This document shows, in pieces, positions 51,069 to 59,799 of a stretch of DNA of 64,000 nucleotides. Origin of the DNA: a virus (Duplodnaviria; Heunggongvirae; Uroviricota; Caudoviricetes). Position 1 is the stretch's first letter; every line of letters starts with the position of its first letter. The DNA lies in the IMG/VR virus record IMGVR_UViG_2574179769_000003, positions 13,748-77,747 of that record. One strand, 5' to 3'. The position numbers and the translations under genes were made by a program. The notes beneath the pieces were generated by a model, which saw nothing but the letters and a program-made list of their open reading frames with translations, did not search any database and had not been told where the DNA came from.

Positions 51069-51605
51069 TTTTCTACCTCATTCTTTCTATTTATTTCTAT
51101 TCATCAATTTTCTTTTTTTTACATATTTTTCCCATTTATACAATTTACAAACTGTATATTTGTTTATTTCCTAAACATCAAGATACAATAAAAACCATTC
51201 TGATATCTTTAACATATACCAGTACTTGCACTTATTCTTCTACGACACCAATAATTTCAACTTTCTCACATCTGATTTTACCATCTGTTTGATAAGGTAC
51301 GCACACACCCATTAGCCATTCGTTTTCTAATAAGAACTTTATATATTGTTCGACCTGAAGTTGTTATGTCTCCTTTAACCCAATCTAAAGTTGCTACATT
51401 TATACCGCACCCACAGCCACTTGTTCTATTGAAATTGACATTTTCTTCTATTACTTCTCCTATTTCAATTTTCCAATTAGGATTTGGTTTATAGCATAGA
51501 CCAAATGTTTTTATAGGCAATATATCCCTCATCAGTTTTTTCGAAATATTTATTCATAATTTCGATTGCTGATGGTAAGCCTTTTGCATTACTTAAATTT
51601 GCATA
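51062..51605. repeat. copy 2 of the ~0.53 kb direct repeat (see 17064..17600)
   Basis: Same sequence as copy 1 except for homopolymer length differences. Confidence 0.85.
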
Positions 51606-52110
51606 TCTTAAATTTGCACCACTTAATTTTGCACCACTTAAATTTGCATCAGTTAAATTTGCACCACTTAAATTTGCCATCAGTTAAATTTGCATATCTT
51701 AAATTTGCATATCTTAAATTTGCATATCTTAAATTTGCACCACTTAATTTTGCACCACTTAAATTTGCATCAGTTAAATTTGCACCACTTAAATTTGCAT
51801 CAGTTAAATTTGCATATCTTAAATTTGCATATCTTAAATTTGCATATCTTAAATTTGCATATCTTAAATTTGCACCACTTAAATTTGCATCAGTTAAATT
51901 TGCACCACTTAAATTTGCATCAGTTAAATTTGCACCTCTTAAATCTGCATTACTTAAATTTGCATTAATTAAATTTGCGTCAATTAAATCAGTATAACTC
52001 AAATCAGCTTTTACACTTTCTTTTTCCCCTTTTAACCACTTTTTATGAAGTTCTAATATTTTATCTAAATCTTCTCTTGTAATTTTTCTTAATTCACTGT
52101 TATCTAACAT
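51278..52110 (-). pseudogene. pentapeptide-repeat protein paralog, split into three ORFs by frameshifts (51649..52110, 51489..51680, 51278..51532)
   Basis: Same N-terminus (ELRKITREDLDKILELHKKWL), A(N/D)LSx repeats and C-terminal domain as 17235..18125; the frame breaks coincide with homopolymer differences against copy 1. Confidence 0.7.
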
Positions 52111-52285
52111 AATTTATCCTTCCTTTTCGTTAAAATCTCTCTTTTAATCAAACAATATTTGTTCTAAAACTTTAGCATAAACTGTAATTAATGCGTCGCT
52201 AAATTCATCAAATTCTTCTAAACTTTCACTTTCAATTTCTAAATTATATTTTTCAATTTCTTTATGCAAATCATCTTCAAAGTTA

Positions 52286-52870
52286 TTATTTTTTTTTAAC
52301 AAGTTCTAAATATTCTTTATCGTCTCGCTCAACATAATATATGTAATTGCTACTTAGCTCCAAACATTTTATTAACATTTGCAAATAAATACTCAGTTGT
52401 TTGATATTAACTTTGTTCATGTTCATCTTATAATTTGCAATATAATCAAGTTTGTTGTAATAATGATTTAATTTTTCTATGTTATGATTAGGCAAAGTAT
52501 CCTCAATATAATATCCAAAATTTCCACTATCATTTTGATAATGAATTAGGTAAACTTTGTTTTCATTATCAAGATCAGTCTTTTCAAAACTTATAATTAT
52601 TACTTTTTTCATCATATAATTTACATCATTGTCTACCAAGTTCAATAATTCATTCACATAATCACTTTCTATATCACTAATTTCTTTATAATAATGTGTA
52701 TAACTATTACCATTAATACAAGTGTGTTTGTACAAAATCCATTTACCAACATCATTTATATGCAAATTACTTGTCTCACTGCAATTGATTGAATCAAATA
52801 TAAATTTGTTTACCTCGTTTTTTAATTCTAATTTCCTATAATAGTTTAATTCGTTGTTTGTATTTTTCAT
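52286..52870 (-). CDS. hypothetical protein
   Basis: 194 aa ORF. Confidence 0.45.
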   Translation of the reverse strand: MKNTNNELNYYRKLELKNEVNKFIFDSINCSETSNLHINDVGKWILYKHTCINGNSYTHYYKEISDIESDYVNELLNLVDNDVNYMMKKVIIISFEKTDLDNENKVYLIHYQNDSGNFGYYIEDTLPNHNIEKLNHYYNKLDYIANYKMNMNKVNIKQLSIYLQMLIKCLELSSNYIYYVERDDKEYLELVKKK

Positions 52871-53126
52871 TATTCTATACCTTTTATTTCACATTCCTCA
52901 ATTTTCCATTCTATAAAACCATTGCAATATTCAGTTTTAAACCAATCATTGTCGTTAATTTCAGCGTTACTAATTTGCCTAAACTGATTTTTTTTCAATC
53001 ATATATAAATTTGATTGCACAATGTTTATGTGCATATACTCCTAAAATACTTGATTCACGTATGCAATTACTATCTTCATATGTTTCTACAACGATGTAT
53101 GCTTTCATTTTTTGTATTTCCTTTCT

Positions 53127-53567
53127 CTAAATTATCTCTATTTTTTCTCTTGTAGAACTAAATTTTTTATTTTGATTTATTACGATACTATCTAACAATT
53201 CGATTTCCATTAAATCAGCAACCTGCTTCATTGTTTTATATATTTTAATATCATCTTTTGATAATAATAAATTGCCACTAGGATGATTGTGAGCTAAAAC
53301 AAATTTGCTTGCATTAGATAAAATAATGCGTTTTACAATTTCTCTTGGACAGGCAATTGTTTGATCAATTGCCCCTCTAGAAACTTCAAAATAATTTATA
53401 ATTGTATTATCTATATTGAGATTAATTAAAATTAAAACTTCTTCAGGTTCACATGCCAAAGAAGTATTTGTTACTAAAAAATTTCTAATATCACTTGGGT
53501 TCTTGATTTTTTCATTGTACTTAAATTCTTTTTCTTTAACTAAATAAAGTCTTCCTTTATAACACAT
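53127..53567 (-). CDS. radC: RadC-like JAB/MPN-domain protein
   Basis: FVLAHNHPSGNLLLSKDDIKIYKTMKQVADLMEIELLDSIVI corresponds to the RadC HNHPSG...S..D signature. Confidence 0.65.
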   Translation of the reverse strand: MCYKGRLYLVKEKEFKYNEKIKNPSDIRNFLVTNTSLACEPEEVLILINLNIDNTIINYFEVSRGAIDQTIACPREIVKRIILSNASKFVLAHNHPSGNLLLSKDDIKIYKTMKQVADLMEIELLDSIVINQNKKFSSTREKIEII

Positions 53568-53609
53568 TTTCTTACCTCTACTTTCTTTCTAAAATATAAA
53601 ATTTATTTA

Positions 53610-53951
53610 TTATTCTTGGTAATCAACATCCATACCCAAATAGTACATGTCTTCTTTACCATTCCAAAAATGGTTTGATAAATCTTCTAAGGTTTTAACC
53701 CCCATTTTTAACGCTTTAAAATCTGCTAAAACATCTTCATTAGTATAATTACAATAAGGATTCATTGATATTGCTAGCAAAAATTTATTATTTCGTTTAA
53801 TAATTTTATATTTACTTGTTCTTTTGGCAATAGGGTATGCATGAATTTGTAACCCATAAAAATTAGGAAAGTTTTTGGTATTATGCTCGCTCCAATCTGT
53901 TAATAAAATTTTTGTACCATCTTTCATGGTAGTTTTTTCTATAATTTTCAT
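53610..53951 (-). CDS. hypothetical protein
   Basis: 113 aa ORF. Confidence 0.4.
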   Translation of the reverse strand: MKIIEKTTMKDGTKILLTDWSEHNTKNFPNFYGLQIHAYPIAKRTSKYKIIKRNNKFLLAISMNPYCNYTNEDVLADFKALKMGVKTLEDLSNHFWNGKEDMYYLGMDVDYQE

Positions 53952-53954
53952 TTT

Positions 53955-54632
53955 TTATCTTTCTTTCTTTAAAAAAACAGCATCATTCTGATTAGTTGGG
54001 TTAGTCAATGGCATCAATAGTGCAAAATTGCCAGTTAAAGTATCTGTCAAATATAAAATTTTATATGTATCATATTCAATTTTTAATTCATTCGCCCCTA
54101 AAATTTCAAATATCTCTTTGATAAAATTTAAGTTATAAAAATTTGAACCATCAAAGGTACAACGAATTATTTTTTCATATTCTTTACTTTTATTTAGCTT
54201 AACAGCTGTGGTAACATCTTTGTATACTAGTTCTGCAATATTTTTTCTGTCATTGCTAATTATCCTTGATATCTCAGGATAATTTAATTTTTTAATATTT
54301 TCATCTTCTGCATTTTTTAAAAATGGTAAACTATTGTCATTTTTGTATAAGCAAAACAATTTAATACGATCTGAAAAACATACATAATCATGATTGTTAA
54401 TGTTTTGGATGTCAGCATATCCAAGAATAGGACGATCTCCTTTTCTTAATTTGTTCAAAAACGACAATCGTTTTTTTAATGCTTTTTTTTCTGATGGGTT
54501 AGACACTTTACTAAGCATAATCTTTTCTTCTTGTTTAGCTATCAACCAATTTACATCATTTGTATCTAAGCAACTTTCTTCTAATGTTGCTTTTATTTTT
54601 TTTAATTTTAATAATATTGTTGTTTCTTCCAT
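53955..54632 (-). CDS. hypothetical protein
   Basis: 225 aa ORF. Confidence 0.45.
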   Translation of the reverse strand: MEETTILLKLKKIKATLEESCLDTNDVNWLIAKQEEKIMLSKVSNPSEKKALKKRLSFLNKLRKGDRPILGYADIQNINNHDYVCFSDRIKLFCLYKNDNSLPFLKNAEDENIKKLNYPEISRIISNDRKNIAELVYKDVTTAVKLNKSKEYEKIIRCTFDGSNFYNLNFIKEIFEILGANELKIEYDTYKILYLTDTLTGNFALLMPLTNPTNQNDAVFLKKER

Positions 54633-54654
54633 TTTATAACCTTCCTTTTTTTTA

Positions 54655-54891
54655 TTATTTAAATATAAAACTAAAAACGCTTTTTATATAAATTTTTCCA
54701 ACAATGATAAATATAATTAAATTAAATATTTTAAATAATATCTGGTATTTAACAATTGTTTTTTCTATTTTCCAATCAACTAAGCAACAAACTAATGTTA
54801 TTGTTAAAGTTGGAATTAATAAAACAATTACAAACATTTGTAAATATGTTAAATTACTCATTAAAAACCCCCTCTTTTTCAACAAGCACAC
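54655..54891 (-). CDS. hypothetical membrane protein
   Basis: 78 aa with two hydrophobic helices. Confidence 0.35.
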   Translation of the reverse strand: MCLLKKRGFLMSNLTYLQMFVIVLLIPTLTITLVCCLVDWKIEKTIVKYQILFKIFNLIIFIIVGKIYIKSVFSFIFK

Positions 54892-55135
54892 AACACGCTA
54901 GTGCCCGATTTTCGCTATTATTTAATAAATAATGTTCAACTAAGTACATTTCTTGTGTACGTTCGTTTACTAAAAATTCTAATTCACTTTCTAATTCATT
55001 GTTGCTAATGGTGTGATACTCAAAAGCATACAAATCTATTTTTTGTGTATATGTGTTATAATAATAAAATTCTGTATTACACATAAATTCTTTAATTAGA
55101 TATAGATTTACTGCTTTGTTTTTATTTCTTTTCAT
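54854..55135 (-). CDS. hypothetical protein
   Basis: 93 aa ORF. Confidence 0.35.
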   Translation of the reverse strand: MKRNKNKAVNLYLIKEFMCNTEFYYYNTYTQKIDLYAFEYHTISNNELESELEFLVNERTQEMYLVEHYLLNNSENRALACCVLVEKEGVFNE

Positions 55136-55267
55136 TCACAATTAACCAGATGTAAAATCACCTAGTTCCCCCTTTTTTTTATACTTTTAAATTAAAGCTC
55201 ACAAACGTTTTTTATATCCTAGTATCTATCAAAAAAAAATCCATAGGTTTAGTGTATTTTGTAGCGC

Positions 55268-55522
55268 CTAATTTGCTGGCAAAATACGTAAGCCTTTTGC
55301 ACAGCTTAAATCTGTATATCTTAAATCTGTATTAAATAATTTTGCACAATTTAAAATTGCATATCTTAATTTTGTGTTAGTTAAATTTGTACCACTTAAA
55401 TCTTTGTTGGTTAAATCATAACAATTTAAATCTGCTCTAACTCCACCCTCTTCATCATTTAACCATTTTTCATAAAGCTTTAAGATTTTATTTAATTCTT
55501 TTTGTGTTATTTGCTTTTTCAT
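55268..55522 (-). CDS. short pentapeptide-repeat protein paralog
   Basis: MKKQITQKELNKILKLYEKWLNDEEGGVRADL N-terminus is homologous to the two larger pentapeptide proteins; followed by DLSGTNLTNTKLRYAILNCAKLFNTDLRYTDLS repeats. Confidence 0.6.
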   Translation of the reverse strand: MKKQITQKELNKILKLYEKWLNDEEGGVRADLNCYDLTNKDLSGTNLTNTKLRYAILNCAKLFNTDLRYTDLSCAKGLRILPAN

Positions 55523-55558
55523 TTTCTTTTTCTCCTTGTGTTTTTTTTGTTACCAATT

Positions 55559-55747
55559 TTAATACTTACAATAAACATCAAATGTTTGACTATCACTTGT
55601 TTTAACGTCAAACCATGTAAAACCTATATTTTTTCCAGAACTTCCAAGGATGTTAAACTCTAATACTTCCTCATGTTCTTCTACTTCTTCAATTTCACTT
55701 TCTGTTAAAATTTCTTTTTCTAACAGAAATTTTAATCTTTTGTTCAT
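55559..55747 (-). CDS. hypothetical protein
   Basis: 62 aa ORF with strong RBS. Confidence 0.35.
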   Translation of the reverse strand: MNKRLKFLLEKEILTESEIEEVEEHEEVLEFNILGSSGKNIGFTWFDVKTSDSQTFDVYCKY

Positions 55748-55838
55748 GTTAAAACCTCCCTTTAATAAAGTAAATCGTCAACTAAACGAGCAACTCTTTT
55801 TTTCATGTCCTCATAAGTACATATCTATATTAAACTTC

Positions 55839-56306
55839 CTATTTCTCTCCCAAAAGTTCGTAAACTTTGTTGTTTATTTTGGGAATTATAATTTTATTTA
55901 TTCTTTTGTATTCCTCATCATTTTTTAAAATATCTTGACAAGGATTTTCAGAAATATGCGCTCCACCAAGATGCAGCATATCGCTATATTCTCTAAATAT
56001 GTACAAAGATTTCATTAACTCTAACAGTTGCCAAATCTCATTGTTAGTTAAAGTGATTTTAGAAAAATATTCAATAAACGAATCATGTATATTTTCTTTT
56101 AAAAATAAACGATCAAAATGAGTGTGTTCTTTTATGTCAGAATAATTTTTATTAAATTTTTCAACATAACCTAAACCCCAGTACCAACCACAATCAAATG
56201 AGGCTTCTTCTAACCACACCTTGTTATCATCTAAATCTTTACCCAATAAATAATATTTTTTCTTAAATTTATTAATTACTTGTTTGTTGATTATTTGCTT
56301 TTTCAT
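55839..56306 (-). CDS. hypothetical protein
   Basis: 155 aa ORF. Confidence 0.45.
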   Translation of the reverse strand: MKKQIINKQVINKFKKKYYLLGKDLDDNKVWLEEASFDCGWYWGLGYVEKFNKNYSDIKEHTHFDRLFLKENIHDSFIEYFSKITLTNNEIWQLLELMKSLYIFREYSDMLHLGGAHISENPCQDILKNDEEYKRINKIIIPKINNKVYELLGEK

Positions 56307-56321
56307 TTTCTTTTTTTCCTC

Positions 56322-56591
56322 CTATTTAACAAAAATGCAAATTGTGTTTTTTACATCATCACAAATAGCAATTTCTACAACTTTTTTATTTAGTAAAGCT
56401 GGTTTTAAATCTTCTGCTTTACCTCTGTAAATAATTTTTAAATCTTTTTTTACAATTACATTTTCTGTTACAAGTTTAGACACATTGTCTAATGTAACAT
56501 TGTTAGTTTTATTAGAATTAATATTAAAATTACAACCTAATATAGTTATAATTATTAAAATTATTGTTATTTTTTTCATTCTTACCCTCAC
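56322..56591 (-). CDS. putative lipoprotein
   Basis: Signal peptide with lipobox MKKITIILIIITILGC. Confidence 0.45.
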   Translation of the reverse strand: MRVRMKKITIILIIITILGCNFNINSNKTNNVTLDNVSKLVTENVIVKKDLKIIYRGKAEDLKPALLNKKVVEIAICDDVKNTICIFVK

Positions 56592-56696
56592 AATTTACTT
56601 TGCTAGTTTACTCTATGTTAACATTAAACTTGAGTTGATGTCAACTAGCAAAGTAGAATTAATTATTAAAAAAGAAGTTCTACTAAAAAACTTCTT

Positions 56697-56921
56697 TTAA
56701 ATATTCTTTTTAGCGTACTCGTTAAGAATTAAAAATAATTCTAAGTTTTCCTTACTTAAATTGTTGTTGTCATACCATTTTTCAACTTGCTTTAGCATAA
56801 CATTATTGTTTTTATCAACAATGATAAGATCAAGTTCTATTTCATTAACAATTTTATCATTGTCAATAAATTGCAATGTAGCATTATAGCCATTTTTCCA
56901 TATTGCTTTAATTTTTATCAC
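56697..56921 (-). CDS. hypothetical protein
   Basis: 74 aa ORF. Confidence 0.35.
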   Translation of the reverse strand: MIKIKAIWKNGYNATLQFIDNDKIVNEIELDLIIVDKNNNVMLKQVEKWYDNNNLSKENLELFLILNEYAKKNI

Positions 56922-56936
56922 CTCTTATTTTTAATC

Positions 56937-57302
56937 TTACCATAAATTTGAATTAATGTCTTTAACTTGTACCGCTACACTTTCTTGATTTAAAGTAGTT
57001 TTTAATATACTAACAACCCTTTTTAAGTTATCAATATATTTATTTTCTGCTTTTTCGTCAAACATGATTGTTTTTATAATCAAGGTTGTTTCTCTAATCT
57101 TAATTCCGTTTTCATGTTTATAGATGCCTCTACCCTCGTAGATAGTAGCTCCTTCAACATCATTGTTTAGTAATGTGTTTTCTACCATCTTATAAGCCTC
57201 TATGGTAGAAATTTTTTGATTTTTTGTGTCTTTGTCATTTAATCCAACATATAACGTATATTCTTTCATTTTCTTTTTCTCCTTTTTTATAATTTTTTGC
57301 AA
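56937..57302 (-). CDS. hypothetical protein
   Basis: 121 aa ORF. Confidence 0.4.
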   Translation of the reverse strand: MQKIIKKEKKKMKEYTLYVGLNDKDTKNQKISTIEAYKMVENTLLNNDVEGATIYEGRGIYKHENGIKIRETTLIIKTIMFDEKAENKYIDNLKRVVSILKTTLNQESVAVQVKDINSNLW

Positions 57303-57318
57303 GAAAAAAAAGAACTTT

Positions 57319-57531
57319 TTAAAGTTCTTCTAATAAACTAAATGCTATATCATCTTCATTGACAAATATGTAAGCGTCTCTCATATCTGACATTTCATAA
57401 AATAAACTTCCTGGGTAATACTTTTTTATTGTATGTTCTACATTATATTCACAATCACAATTTTTAAACATGTCAATAAGTTCATCTTTTTCAAACTTAT
57501 CGACTGCTTCGTCACTTATATAAGTTTTCAT
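57319..57531 (-). CDS. hypothetical protein
   Basis: 70 aa ORF. Confidence 0.35.
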   Translation of the reverse strand: MKTYISDEAVDKFEKDELIDMFKNCDCEYNVEHTIKKYYPGSLFYEMSDMRDAYIFVNEDDIAFSLLEEL

Positions 57532-57555
57532 TGTTTTTCCTCCATTTTTAATTAT

Positions 57556-58011
57556 TTAATTTAATTCTTCAAACCAATAATGAAAGGCCAACGCCTCCCA
57601 ATGACACCCAGCCACCCCCGTGTATCCATCATAAAAACATAGATTACGCTCACCATCACAAATCTTGTACCCAAAATAATATGGGTTGTTTGGAAATTGT
57701 TTATCATATGTATCAATATTCCTAACTTCATAATATTTTGGTAATTCATTGTAAAAAGTGTTCGTGATAAATTCGTATATATCTATATAAGCACTCCATT
57801 CATCATATGACATATCTTCTTCACCAAATGCAAATGCACGAGGGCGATCTAATGTCAATACGCCTTCTATATCATTGAGATTTATAGTTTCTTTTGTTAC
57901 GATATCAAAAAACCACTTGTACCCAATATAGTTGAAGTATTTAGAAATCAAATTTATATTTTTTTGATATTCTTTTAACTCTTCTCCTTTTAATTTGAAG
58001 ATATTTTTCAT
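57556..58011 (-). CDS. hypothetical protein (first gene of the leftward operon)
   Basis: 151 aa ORF at the edge of the divergent control region. Confidence 0.45.
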   Translation of the reverse strand: MKNIFKLKGEELKEYQKNINLISKYFNYIGYKWFFDIVTKETINLNDIEGVLTLDRPRAFAFGEEDMSYDEWSAYIDIYEFITNTFYNELPKYYEVRNIDTYDKQFPNNPYYFGYKICDGERNLCFYDGYTGVAGCHWEALAFHYWFEELN

Positions 58012-58484
58012 TAATTCTTCCTCCTTAAATTAATTTTATTTTTAATTAATAACGCCAATCAGTTAGCTTTTAATGTATGAAAAATACAACTTTTTGATGT
58101 ATAGTTTAAACATTTATTGATAATTATATTGTATCTTTGTTTCTCTTAATTATCAACAAATTTTAAACATCAACCAAAGAAGAGCTTTTTTGATTGGCAT
58201 TATGGTATTAAAAATAAAATGTTTATTTTTAATTTTTATGTTAAAAACCAAGATTGAATTAACCTTGGTTGCAATGATTTAAATTTGATTAGTTAAGTAG
58301 GTACTTGTAAATAATAAATACAAGCGTATCTAATCACCCGATACTATCAAGGATTTTCACCATCTCAAGCCAATCATTATTGCTATGTTATCACAACATT
58401 GCAACTACTGTTTAGGGTATTAGGAATCTAACGACTTTCTAACTCTCTAAATATATTGGTAGAGATTTGATATCAAGTATCTAA

Positions 58485-58538
58485 TTGTCAATGAACTAAT
58501 AAGAAATAATTACCCAATCTCCCAAAGTTCATTGACAA
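58485..58538. promoter_or_regulatory. 13-bp perfect inverted repeat (TTGTCAATGAACT ... AGTTCATTGACAA) overlapping the -35 of the plus-strand promoter; operator-like
   Basis: Arms at 58485..58497 and 58526..58538. Confidence 0.55.
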
Positions 58539-58560
58539 TTATTGATTAATAATATATAAT
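58532..58560 (+). promoter_or_regulatory. consensus sigma-70 promoter TTGACA-17-TATAAT (plus strand)
   Basis: TTGACA 58532..58537, TATAAT 58555..58560. Confidence 0.65.
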
Positions 58561-58586
58561 CGTAATTGACCTTTAGGGGTCTGGTT

Positions 58587-58637
58587 GGTTAATCGTTTCA
58601 GTTTTTGCGGACTTTCAACGATTAACCCTTTTTTTTT
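58587..58637 (+). terminator. promoter-proximal hairpin + T9 (GGTTAATCGTT ... AACGATTAACC); intrinsic terminator or end of a ~70-nt small RNA
   Basis: 11-bp perfect stem, 19-nt loop, followed by CTTTTTTTTT; begins ~25 nt after the predicted TSS of the 58532..58560 promoter. Confidence 0.5.
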
Positions 58638-58704
58638 ATTTCTTGTGATATTTGTAAGTTTAGGATTGATTCGATCAATCTTATCTCTCCTACCTTACAA
58701 CTTA

Positions 58705-58733
58705 ATTATACACGAATTACTTGTATTTGTCAA
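58705..58733 (-). promoter_or_regulatory. consensus sigma-70 promoter TTGACA-17-TATAAT (minus strand) with conserved downstream leader AAGTTGTAAGGTAGGAG
   Basis: Minus-strand reading: TTGACA 58733..58728, TATAAT 58710..58705; points into the leftward gene block. Confidence 0.6.
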
Positions 58734-58951
58734 GTATTCCTTGTATTTTTTTGAGGATTTCTTTTTTTTATAACTTCCTTAGATTTCAAATCATCCTCAA
58801 TCAATTTTTTAATATAGCCTGCTTTATTGTCTAAATTATCAAGATAATCAAGTATTTCTTTATCTTTATTTTTAGAAAATTTGATAGTGATAACTTTAGA
58901 ATTTTTTTTATCACTTTTAGCATTGGCTTTTCTTTTAGCTTCACTCACCAT
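58730..58951 (-). CDS. small basic protein, possibly ribbon-helix-helix DNA-binding
   Basis: 73 aa; KVITIKFSKNKDKEILDYLDNL...AGYIKKLIEDDL resembles a CopG/RHH fold; flanked by the two duplicated minus-strand promoters. Confidence 0.4.
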   Translation of the reverse strand: MVSEAKRKANAKSDKKNSKVITIKFSKNKDKEILDYLDNLDNKAGYIKKLIEDDLKSKEVIKKRNPQKNTRNT

Positions 58952-59086
58952 AATATCACCTCGCTATATTTATTATAGCACAATTCAACGCTATGGTTCA
59001 TAAGGCTTTTATTTGTAAGATATTGACATTTAGCTAAGTCAAGTTTTTGATCTTTTGACTTAACCTTTCCTTTACCTTACAACTAT

Positions 59087-59115
59087 ATTATACATGACAA
59101 ACGCTAAAAAGTCAA
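59087..59115 (-). promoter_or_regulatory. sigma-70 promoter TTGACT-17-TATAAT (minus strand), paralogous to 58705..58733 including the leader ATAGTTGTAAGGTAAAGG
   Basis: Minus-strand reading: TTGACT 59115..59110, TATAAT 59092..59087; drives ORF 58730..58951. Confidence 0.6.
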
Positions 59116-59198
59116 TACTTTTTTATAAATTATTTAATTATTTTAATGAATTATTATATATTAAATTAAATCAATTTATTAAAACGATCAAATATGGT

Positions 59199-59227
59199 TT
59201 GACAATTAAATAATACAAGTATATTAT
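59199..59227 (+). promoter_or_regulatory. sigma-70 promoter TTGACA-17-TATTAT for the rightward HTH gene
   Basis: TTGACA 59199..59204, TATTAT 59222..59227, RBS TAGGAGG, ATG at 59250. Confidence 0.6.
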
Positions 59228-59249
59228 TAATTATAGGAGGTATTATATT

Positions 59250-59792
59250 ATGTCTAAAGAAATTATTTTTAAATATAACAACAATAACCAATTAAAAAAA
59301 ACTATTAAAGAAATAGCTTTGTATAATGATATTAAAATGTCTAGTATAGCTAACAACCTAAACATTAGCAATAGTCAATTAACAAATACTTTAAATAAAA
59401 AAAATATTAACTTTAATGATATTAAAAAGATATTAGACGTAGTTGGATATGATTTAGTGTTAGAATTTAGACCTAAAGACAACTTTAGTATCAAAAATAA
59501 ATTACCTGATACAATTAGTATAAATACGAATAACAATATGGAAATCAACACAGATATTGTTGACGATGATATATTGGCATTGCTAAATGATACAATCAAA
59601 TATGGCTACAGTGGTATAAACGTTGTAGATAATTGGTTGGAAAATAACGGTTACATTATAAATAGCAAGTTGTTTGATAGTGATGGTAAGATATTAGATA
59701 ATGCTAGAGCGCTATTGGTTAAAGGTGTATCGTTTGGAAAAACCAACGAACTAATTAAGAAGAAAGTCTTTATTAAAGATAAGAAGTTGTAG
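59250..59792 (+). CDS. XRE-family helix-turn-helix transcriptional regulator (CI/Cro-like position)
   Basis: HTH segment IKEIALYNDIKMSSIANNLNISNSQLTNTLNKKN...DIKKILDVVGYDLVLEF; first gene of the rightward transcription unit. Confidence 0.55.
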   Translation: MSKEIIFKYNNNNQLKKTIKEIALYNDIKMSSIANNLNISNSQLTNTLNKKNINFNDIKKILDVVGYDLVLEFRPKDNFSIKNKLPDTISINTNNNMEINTDIVDDDILALLNDTIKYGYSGINVVDNWLENNGYIINSKLFDSDGKILDNARALLVKGVSFGKTNELIKKKVFIKDKKL

Positions 59793-59799
59793 CCTATGC

